Shown: positions 57,055 to 64,000 of the stretch, in pieces
Layout of the letters: every line of letters begins with the position of its first letter
How positions within the stretch are numbered: the stretch's first letter is position 1
From: Nitrososphaerales archaeon
GTDB taxonomy: Archaea; Thermoproteota; Nitrososphaeria; Nitrososphaerales; UBA57
DNA length: 64,000 nucleotides
Assembly: GCA_047517285.1 (NCBI GenBank)
Contig: JAKZTE010000001.1
Location: forward strand, 27,498 to 91,497
Direction of reading: 5' to 3'
Made by a program: the position numbers and the translations under genes
The notes under the pieces: model-generated
Databases searched by the model: none
The model's input: only the letters and a program-made list of their open reading frames with translations
What the model was told of the DNA's origin: nothing

Positions 57055-58029
57055 TTACATCAGTTCTATTAAATCTTTTATTACTAAAGATGCAGCTGAA
57101 GGCGGTATTATACCTTTCTCAGTAACAATAATGTCAATATTCTCTGGCGGCGTTACATCAAATACAGGATTTCTAATTTTTATATTCGGATATGCTTTTA
57201 GATATTCTTCTGAACAAACTTCTGTAGCATCTCTTTCTTCAATTTCTGTAAGTTCTCCATACATTGTATCTGCATAAAATTTGTATGTCTCTGCTGCAGC
57301 CATTAATTTAACACGTGATTCATGAGCTATTGCAGCTAATTGAGACGTACCTATTTTATTAACTAAAGCTCCATTAACTGCTACTGCATCTGCTCCACAT
57401 ACTGCACGATCAACTTTATCCATAAATCTTCTTACTGCAGAATCTATTATTATCGTGACGTCACAACCATGTTTGGACAATGTTGCTGCAGTCTTATGAC
57501 CCTGAAACAATGGCCTAGTTTCACAACAAATTATCTTTATTCCTTTACCCATGTCATGGGCTTTTTTTAATATGCTTATTGCAGCCTCACTATTACATAT
57601 TGTAATTACTGTATCACCATTTCTAACTCGCTTTCCACCATATTCGCCAATTTTATTATAGGCGTCTAAACTGTTATGCACGAATTGTTCTGCCGCCTTA
57701 ATAGTAACTTCTTTTATGTTATCTGAAGATTCCCCTGCGTTGTAAGATTTTCTAGTCGATGCTAAAACAATATTTACTCCGTTTGGAAGTGAAACTGCAG
57801 TTGGTCTGGCAGATCGTAATTTTTTCCCTTCTTTCATTATATTGTTATAGAACTGTTCACGATCTGAACTGTTCGTATTCTCTACATAATTCTTTAAAGC
57901 ACTTGCCGCTAATCTTGCAATTCGTCCTGCCCCGTGAATACGCATATCTTTAATTTGGCTGTACGCTGTATCTACATCAATATCTACGACCCCCGAAACT
58001 GTGGGAATATTAATTGGATCTTCTACCAT
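57055..58029 (-). CDS. eIF-2B alpha/beta/delta-like family protein, probable ribose-1,5-bisphosphate isomerase
   Basis: RIHGAGRIA, TICNSEA (conserved Cys) and CGADAVAVNGALVNKIGT are family motifs. The assignment to R15P isomerase rather than MtnA or aIF-2B rests on the linkage to RuBisCO. Confidence 0.65.
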   Translation of the reverse strand: MVEDPINIPTVSGVVDIDVDTAYSQIKDMRIHGAGRIARLAASALKNYVENTNSSDREQFYNNIMKEGKKLRSARPTAVSLPNGVNIVLASTRKSYNAGESSDNIKEVTIKAAEQFVHNSLDAYNKIGEYGGKRVRNGDTVITICNSEAAISILKKAHDMGKGIKIICCETRPLFQGHKTAATLSKHGCDVTIIIDSAVRRFMDKVDRAVCGADAVAVNGALVNKIGTSQLAAIAHESRVKLMAAAETYKFYADTMYGELTEIEERDATEVCSEEYLKAYPNIKIRNPVFDVTPPENIDIIVTEKGIIPPSAASLVIKDLIELM

Positions 58030-58142
58030 ATCAATAAAAAATATTACTAATACCTTACTTAAGTGTTGAGAAATATTTTTTAATTACGAAATTGGGAATT
58101 TAAAATTTTTTATAGTTGAATAAAAGAATTAATATAATACTC

Positions 58143-58793
58143 ATGAAAATTGCACCATCGATGTTAGCATCAAAACCTGAAAATTATGTCCAAGACGTAC
58201 AAATTCTAGAAAAGGCCAATGTTGAGTGGTTTCATATAGATGTGTTAGACGGAACTTTTACTGATACATATGCCTTTCCTGTAGAACATCTTGAAATTAT
58301 TAATAATGCAACAGACTTTCCCATGGATATTCATTTAATGACAAACCATGCAATTGAGTCTCTTCCTAAATATATTGAAGCTGGCGGTGATATGCTTACG
58401 GCCCATGTAGAAGCAGTAAACCCAAGAAAGTATATCGACGCTGTTAAAAAACATGATAAAATGGTCGGCCTTGCAATTAATCCTGACACCCCTCTTTCTT
58501 CTATCATAGACTACATCGATGAATTAGATAGAATATTGGTTATGACTGTAGTTCCTGGTAAAACAGGTCAATCATTTATAGAATATCCCTTATCAAAGGT
58601 CAGAGAAGCTCGCGCACTTATTGACAAACATCAATATAATGTAGAATTATGTGTAGATGGAGGAATCAATGAAAAAACAGCACCACTTGCTTTTGAAGCA
58701 GGTGTTGACGTAGTTGTTTGTGGAGCTGGAATTCTCTATAAAGATGATATGATTCAAGCAGTTGAAGATTTACGTGCACTTGCATCTAAATAA
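58143..58793 (+). CDS. rpe: ribulose-phosphate 3-epimerase
   Basis: MKIAPSMLA, H.DV.DG.F, H.M, V.PG..GQ.F and DGG. The ATG at 58143 fits the family N-terminus better than the track TTG at 58116. Confidence 0.9.
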   Translation: MKIAPSMLASKPENYVQDVQILEKANVEWFHIDVLDGTFTDTYAFPVEHLEIINNATDFPMDIHLMTNHAIESLPKYIEAGGDMLTAHVEAVNPRKYIDAVKKHDKMVGLAINPDTPLSSIIDYIDELDRILVMTVVPGKTGQSFIEYPLSKVREARALIDKHQYNVELCVDGGINEKTAPLAFEAGVDVVVCGAGILYKDDMIQAVEDLRALASK

Positions 58794-58803
58794 AAAATAT
58801 ATT

Positions 58804-60816
58804 TTATTTCTTCAATAATTCAAGACTTTTATTTACAACATTATCTACAGTAAAACCAAATTTCTTCATAACTTCATTTCCAGGGGCCGACGTACCAAAA
58901 GTTGTCATCCCAATTGCCTTTCCTTCTAAACCAATATATTTTTCCCAACCAAATGTACTTGCCGCTTCAACTGAAACTCGTTTTTTGATTGCAATTGGTA
59001 ATACTTGTTCTTTATAATCGTCTGATTGTTTTTCAAATAATTCCCAACTTGGTATACTTACTACCCTGACATTTACTCCCTTGTTTTTCAATTCTTTCTG
59101 AGCTTCAACAGCCAAGTGTAATTCAGAACCAGTTGCAATTATAATTAATTCCGGCAATCCATCTGAATCAACAAGTGTATATCCACCTTTTTGTAAATTT
59201 TCAGGTGAAGAAACCTCATTTTTATTTGACTCTCCATATAAAACAGGTAATGCTTGTCTTGTAAGGATTAAAGCAGTAGGACCACTTGTTATTTGCAATG
59301 CAGTTTTCCACGCTATCACTGTTTCATTTGCATCTCCTGGTCTTATTACAGTAAGATTGGGTACTGCCCGTAAATTCGATACTTGTTCTATGGGTTGATG
59401 TGTAGGTCCATCTTCACCTACTCCTATACTATCGTGTGTATAGACAAAAACAATCCGTAAGCCCATTAATGATGCTAAACGTATCGATCCTCTCATATAA
59501 TCCGAGAAAATCAGGAATGTACTTCCAAAAGGAATTACTCCGCCGTATGCTGCCATTCCATGTAGAATTGCACCCATTGCATGTTCCCTTATACCAAAGT
59601 GAATATTTCGTCCATGAGGAGCTTCTGGCAACGAATCAACCGAAGTTTTAATTCGTACATTTGTAGAATCCATTAAATCTGCAGATCCACCAATTATTGC
59701 AGGAATATTCTCAGCTAATATATTTAGTGTTTTTCCTGATGCCTGTCTTGTTGCAAGAGATTCATCTAAATTGAATATTGGTGTGTTTTTATCCCAATTT
59801 TCTGGCAGCTTTCCTCTAATCAAATTCTCAAATTCTTCTGCTAATTCTTTATTGCCATTCTTATATGATTCATAAATCTCATTCCATCTTCTTTCATAGT
59901 CATTTCCATTCGTTACAACTTTCTGAAATTCTTGTTTTACTTCATCAGGAATGTGAAATGTAGGTTCAAGAGGCCAATCTAGATTTTCTTTAGTCAATTT
60001 AGTTTCATCCGGTCCTAAAGGCGCTCCGTGTGCAGCTTCACTGTCTTGTTTATTAGGACTACCAAAACCAATATGCGTTCGTGCTATGATTAGAGATGGT
60101 TTCTCTTCTTGCCCTTGGCTATTTTTTATTGCTTCACTAAAATCTTGTAAATCATTTCCTTCAATATTCTGAACAAACCACCCATGAGCTTCAAATCTCT
60201 TTTTTATATCTTCTTTTGTGGTTAGTTCTGTATTTCCATCAATGCTGATATGATTATCTAAGTAGACGTATATTAAATTGTTAAACTTTTGATGACCTGC
60301 AACCGCAGCCGCCTCTGAAGAAATTCCTTCCATTAAATCTCCATCACTACAAAATGCGTATATTTTATGGTCGATAATTTTATGATTCTTTGTATTGAAT
60401 CTATTAGCTAAATATCTCTGCGCAAACGCCATTCCAATACCTGCACTGAATCCTTGTCCTAATGGTCCAGTTGTTGTTTCTACACCTGGCGTTTCTCCAT
60501 ATTCAGGATGACCCGGCGCTTTACTTCCAATCTGCCTAAAATTTTTAATCTCGTCTAAAGCAAGATCATATCCACACAGATGCAGTAAAGAATATAGTAT
60601 CATTGAACCATGTCCCGACGATAAAATAAACCGATCTCGGTTAGCCCATTTTGGATTGCTAGGATTATGCTTTAGTATCTGTGTAAACAATTTGTAGCCC
60701 ATTGCTGCTGCCTCCATGGGTTGACCAGGATGGCCTGATTTTGCTGCTTCTACAGCATCCACCGACAAAAATCTAATCGTATTAATACATAATTCTTCAA
60801 TCTTCTCGTTTGTCAT
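58804..60816 (-). CDS. tkt: transketolase (single full-length polypeptide)
   Basis: SGHPG, the GHGS.L.Y..LHL region, the GDG.L.EG TPP motif (SDGDLMEG) and THDSIGVGEDGPTHQP. Confidence 0.95.
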   Translation of the reverse strand: MTNEKIEELCINTIRFLSVDAVEAAKSGHPGQPMEAAAMGYKLFTQILKHNPSNPKWANRDRFILSSGHGSMILYSLLHLCGYDLALDEIKNFRQIGSKAPGHPEYGETPGVETTTGPLGQGFSAGIGMAFAQRYLANRFNTKNHKIIDHKIYAFCSDGDLMEGISSEAAAVAGHQKFNNLIYVYLDNHISIDGNTELTTKEDIKKRFEAHGWFVQNIEGNDLQDFSEAIKNSQGQEEKPSLIIARTHIGFGSPNKQDSEAAHGAPLGPDETKLTKENLDWPLEPTFHIPDEVKQEFQKVVTNGNDYERRWNEIYESYKNGNKELAEEFENLIRGKLPENWDKNTPIFNLDESLATRQASGKTLNILAENIPAIIGGSADLMDSTNVRIKTSVDSLPEAPHGRNIHFGIREHAMGAILHGMAAYGGVIPFGSTFLIFSDYMRGSIRLASLMGLRIVFVYTHDSIGVGEDGPTHQPIEQVSNLRAVPNLTVIRPGDANETVIAWKTALQITSGPTALILTRQALPVLYGESNKNEVSSPENLQKGGYTLVDSDGLPELIIIATGSELHLAVEAQKELKNKGVNVRVVSIPSWELFEKQSDDYKEQVLPIAIKKRVSVEAASTFGWEKYIGLEGKAIGMTTFGTSAPGNEVMKKFGFTVDNVVNKSLELLKK

Positions 60817-60913
60817 TATTGATACCTTTTCTTACCTATTAGTGAAATTAAGCCATATATAAATCGAAAAGAAAGATTTTATTATAGCAAAAATTGTATA
60901 ATAATGATAATAG

Positions 60914-61606
60914 ATGAAATTCTTCTTAGATACAGCAAATATTGATCAAATAAAAGAAGCAAAAGATATGGGAATGTTGGACGGCGTTACAACTAACCCT
61001 ACTCTAGTTGCAAAAGAAAATAAAGAAACCCATGAATTATATTCAGAAATCGTAGAAATCTGTAACGGTAAACCCGTTAGTTTAGAAACTACCACGAACG
61101 ATACCGCAAAGATTGTCAAAGAAGGTCAAGACCTAGTTAACACATACGGTAAAAACAGTAGTAAAATCTATGTTAAAGTTGCAAATACAAAGGCCGGACT
61201 AAAAGCAGTCCGACAATTGTTTGACTCTGGAATTGATTGCAATGTCACTCTCACTTTCTCTGCCGCTCAATATCTATTGGCTGCAAAAGCAGGTGCAAGA
61301 GTTGTTAGTCCATTTATAGGAAGACTAGATGATATTGGCCTTGATGGTAATTTACATCTTATAGAGGAAATTGAACAAATTCGAAATAATTATAAAGATA
61401 ACGAGGAACACATTCCAAATAAAGCAGACACATTAGTTTCTAGTATTCGACATCCTGTTCATGTAGTGCAAGCTGCCATGATGGGGGCTCCTCTAGCTAC
61501 AATGCCATTCAAAGTACTAGATATGATGTTTAAACATCCATTAACCAAGATCGGATTTGATCAATTCATGTCAGACTTAGGCTCTGACGAAACATTACAA
61601 CAATAG
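60914..61606 (+). CDS. transaldolase / fructose-6-phosphate aldolase (short TalC/FSA type)
   Basis: MKFFLDTANIDQIKEA...GVTTNPTL, the Schiff-base Lys region VKV, and SPF.GR.DD. Confidence 0.88.
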   Translation: MKFFLDTANIDQIKEAKDMGMLDGVTTNPTLVAKENKETHELYSEIVEICNGKPVSLETTTNDTAKIVKEGQDLVNTYGKNSSKIYVKVANTKAGLKAVRQLFDSGIDCNVTLTFSAAQYLLAAKAGARVVSPFIGRLDDIGLDGNLHLIEEIEQIRNNYKDNEEHIPNKADTLVSSIRHPVHVVQAAMMGAPLATMPFKVLDMMFKHPLTKIGFDQFMSDLGSDETLQQ

Positions 61607-61609
61607 GGA

Positions 61610-62569
61610 ATGTCGAAAATGAAAGTTCTTATAACCGGTACAGGAGGGATGGGAGCGCACATCTCAAAAGTTCTGATTGATAAAAATGTCGATACATCAT
61701 TATATGGAACATGTCGTCAAACTGAAGCTATTTCTAAAATTGTGGATATTGATAGAGTCGAGATGCACAAAGGCGATATTTTAGATTCTGCAAAACTCGA
61801 ATCTGTTATCAAAGATAACGATATTGACCATATCATTCATACTGCTGGACCTCGTGCCACTCAATGTAGAAATCATGATTATACAAATGACTCTGAAACA
61901 GGAATTCGCGTTCATACTATGGGTACCTCTAATGTTCTAGAAGCTGCACGTAAACTTGGCGTTAAAAGAGTTATTTACACTAGTACTGGTTCCGTATATC
62001 TTGCAAACAAAGTTCATCCTCCTGACGGAACATTCATTAAAGAAACAGATGCTGTAGTACCTTTTGATAGCAGTGACATTTATGCCTCTGGTAAAGTTGC
62101 TTGTGAGTATCAAGGATTTAATTATGCAAAAGCTTATGGAATAGAATTTGCTTCTATCCGAATGGCACATGTTTATGGACCTTGGCCTGGAGAAATGGGA
62201 AGAGGTAGATCAGTTGGCGAAATGGTAGATGCTTTTCTTAATGACCAAGAAATCACTGTTGAAGAACAAGTTGCACAATGGACTTACCTTTATGATTTAG
62301 CAGAAGAGCATTATGCAGCTTTAACTTCTCCAAATCTCAAACATGAAATATTTAATGCAGGTTCCGGAACAGTATCCGGATTATCTGATGTAAAAGATAT
62401 TTTAGGTAAAAAAGGAGATGTATCAAAAATTCATGTTGATGACTCTAAACCTGGTTCAAAGAAATTCCCATTCGACATGAGTGCAGCAGAAGACAAATTA
62501 AATTTCAAAAATAAATATGATTTGGAAGCCGGCGTCGAAAACCTTATTAGTTGGTATTCGAAAAAATAA
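61610..62569 (+). CDS. NAD-dependent epimerase/dehydratase (extended SDR)
   Basis: TGTGGMGAHI (TGxxGxxG) and the catalytic YASGK (YxxxK). The start lies 3 nt after the transaldolase stop. Confidence 0.75.
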   Translation: MSKMKVLITGTGGMGAHISKVLIDKNVDTSLYGTCRQTEAISKIVDIDRVEMHKGDILDSAKLESVIKDNDIDHIIHTAGPRATQCRNHDYTNDSETGIRVHTMGTSNVLEAARKLGVKRVIYTSTGSVYLANKVHPPDGTFIKETDAVVPFDSSDIYASGKVACEYQGFNYAKAYGIEFASIRMAHVYGPWPGEMGRGRSVGEMVDAFLNDQEITVEEQVAQWTYLYDLAEEHYAALTSPNLKHEIFNAGSGTVSGLSDVKDILGKKGDVSKIHVDDSKPGSKKFPFDMSAAEDKLNFKNKYDLEAGVENLISWYSKK

Positions 62570-62585
62570 TCTCTAATTACCCATA

Positions 62586-62612
62586 ATAGGAATTCCTATA
62601 AACCTATAAATA
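62586..62612 (+). promoter_or_regulatory. 14-bp perfect palindrome ATAGGAATTCCTAT followed by a TATA-like box (CTATAAATA) about 30 nt upstream of the RuBisCO ATG
   Basis: Read directly: palindrome at 62586..62599, TATA-like CTATAAATA at 62604..62612, ATG at 62641. The spacing fits an archaeal promoter with a very short leader. Confidence 0.4.
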
Positions 62613-62640
62613 TCCCAAAGCACAATTTTTTTTGATTAAG

Positions 62641-64000
62641 ATGCCAGAAATTAAAAGACAATGGAATACACCAACTGTTGAACACAGTGAAAGTAGTGTA
62701 TTTCAAACAACCCCTGATCAAATAGATCCAGACAAGTACGTTATCGCAACATATTTCATCACATGTGATCCTAGAATGACTATCGATCACGCCGGTGTAA
62801 TTATTGCTGCTGAACAATCAGTAGGTACTTTTACTGACGTTTCTACTGCAACTGATTTAGCACACAAAACTGCTGCTAAAGTATTCTCCTGGGAGTATGA
62901 AGATCCAAGTGGATCTATTAAACATTCAGGTTACGTAAAAGTTGCATATCCGCTTTATCTTCTAGATATAGATAATCGTGGTATTCCTGACCTATTTACA
63001 TTTATTACAGGAAATTGGATGGGATTCACTCCAATTCCTAATTGTAAATGGGTTGACCTAGAATTACCTAAGAGTATTCTCAAACTCTTCAAAGGCCCTC
63101 AATTTGGTGTTGAAGGTATGAGAAAAATCTGTGGTACAACAGAGACAAGAAGACCTCATCTTGGTGCTACATTGAAACCTAAAATGGGTGTTACAGACCA
63201 AGGCGCAGCTGATCAATTCTATGATGCAGCTTGTGGTGATTTTGACACTTACAAAGATGATGAGACTTATCATAATCAATGGTGTTCTCCTTTAATGGAT
63301 CGAATTACTAAGGTTTATGAAGCACTTGATAAAGCTAAATCTGAAGGACATCATCCTGAAGGTGAGATGTTCTATGTTCCACAAGTCACTACTGACTTGG
63401 AAACTACCTTGGAAACTGCAGATCGAATGATTGCACATGGTGCTCGAGGAATGATGTTAAACTTTATGTGTACATGGTATCCTGCACTTCGTGCTCTTGC
63501 AGAAGATGCTAGTATCAATGTTCCAATTCACTTACATCGTGCATCACATGCAGCACTTACACGTCATCCAAGACATGGGATTAATCTTCCAGTCACTGAC
63601 TATATTGCAAGAATTGCAGGTGGTGATATGGTTCATGTTGGAACTGCACGAGGTAAACTCGGCGATGCGAATAAATTCACTGAAATTCCTCAGATTATGA
63701 ATAAGATCCAGGATCCATTAGAACACATTAAACCAATGATGGGAATCTGTTCAGGTGGATTGACACCTCAAAACTACCATTTCTCAATTGATTTAATGGG
63801 TAATGATATCCAACTTCAGAATGGAGGAGGAATTCATGGCCATCCTTGGGGAACCAAAGGAGGCGCAATTGGTGCACGACAAGCTGTTGATGCTTACATG
63901 CAATCAATTCCAGTCGAAGAATATGCTAAGACACACGAAGAACTTGCAGGTACTATTCAAGCATTTGGTAACAAATACGCCGTTGCATCTGAAGAATCTG
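62641..64000 (+). CDS. rbcL: ribulose-1,5-bisphosphate carboxylase/oxygenase large subunit (form III-like); 3' end outside the window
   Basis: Translated by hand (453 codons, no stop; absent from the ORF track). AEQSVGTF, ITGNWMGF, GATLKPKMG, CGDFDTYKDDE (carbamylated Lys plus Asp/Glu), IHLHRASHAA, VHVGTARGKLGD, GICSGGL and NGGGIHGHPWG cover all the RuBisCO active-site positions I can recall. Confidence 0.85.
   Translation, partial: MPEIKRQWNTPTVEHSESSVFQTTPDQIDPDKYVIATYFITCDPRMTIDHAGVIIAAEQSVGTFTDVSTATDLAHKTAAKVFSWEYEDPSGSIKHSGYVKVAYPLYLLDIDNRGIPDLFTFITGNWMGFTPIPNCKWVDLELPKSILKLFKGPQFGVEGMRKICGTTETRRPHLGATLKPKMGVTDQGAADQFYDAACGDFDTYKDDETYHNQWCSPLMDRITKVYEALDKAKSEGHHPEGEMFYVPQVTTDLETTLETADRMIAHGARGMMLNFMCTWYPALRALAEDASINVPIHLHRASHAALTRHPRHGINLPVTDYIARIAGGDMVHVGTARGKLGDANKFTEIPQIMNKIQDPLEHIKPMMGICSGGLTPQNYHFSIDLMGNDIQLQNGGGIHGHPWGTKGGAIGARQAVDAYMQSIPVEEYAKTHEELAGTIQAFGNKYAVASEES

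Noticed and set aside
62596-63700. Three short track ORFs: 62596..62817 (minus), 63064..63279 (minus) and 63491..63700 (plus).
   Set aside because: All overlap the hand-translated RuBisCO frame, which carries every catalytic motif. They are shadow ORFs, listed only because the real ORF has no stop inside the window.
1-64000. A scan for CRISPR arrays, transposases or integrases, toxin-antitoxin pairs, restriction-modification or other defence islands, prophage remnants and long repeats.
   Set aside because: I found none. The only repeated DNA segments are the shared exon halves of the two tRNA-Ala genes and the short in-frame repeat in the 61-aa basic protein. The tRNA genes are not flanked by integrase genes.

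Overview
This is a visibly AT-rich, very gene-dense archaeal chromosomal segment. It holds about 70 protein genes and 6 tRNA genes. I saw no rRNA, CRISPR array, transposase or integrase, and no recognisable defence island. All calls rest on reading the supplied translations, my own translation of regions the ORF track misses, and recalled family motifs; no database search was possible.

Most of the content is housekeeping:
- Modified-base and information-processing genes: queC-folE2, topA, valS, aRF1, pyrH, endA, the DGGGP synthase gene, RFC large subunit, serS, uS15, Pop5 and a DUF54-like gene.
- A tight hisG-hisD-(HAD)-hisB-hisH-hisA-hisF-hisI operon.
- KEOPS genes pcc1, bud32 and kae1.
- Central carbon and cofactor genes: ppsA, tpiA, sufB and sufD, and a class II-type HMG-CoA reductase.
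- Two ABC exporters, several proteases, and tandem purP genes.

Four things deserve a second look:
1. The right end (54.5-64 kb) is a compact carbon module. One operon carries a ribose-1,5-bisphosphate-isomerase-like gene, PRPP synthetase, phosphoglycerate kinase and an unknown ORF. Next to it lie rpe, full-length transketolase, transaldolase/FSA, an SDR, and a RuBisCO large-subunit gene. The RuBisCO gene runs off the window, so it is absent from the ORF track. Its catalytic residues look intact.
2. Five of the six tRNA genes are interrupted, with 9 introns in total. tRNA-Leu(CAA) needs three excisions. The introns fall into sequence families. The nearby EndA homolog seems to lack the catalytic His.
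3. A 693-aa, highly divergent ATP-PEPCK-like P-loop protein.
4. Smaller oddities: a SufD-Rieske fusion, a large-cap HAD hydrolase in the his operon (a candidate for the missing histidinol-phosphatase), a RadB-like protein without a Walker A motif, and a tiny Lys/Ala/Pro-repeat protein.

The multi-intron tRNAs and the archaeal gene set suggest a TACK/Thaumarchaeota-like lineage. That placement is inference only.
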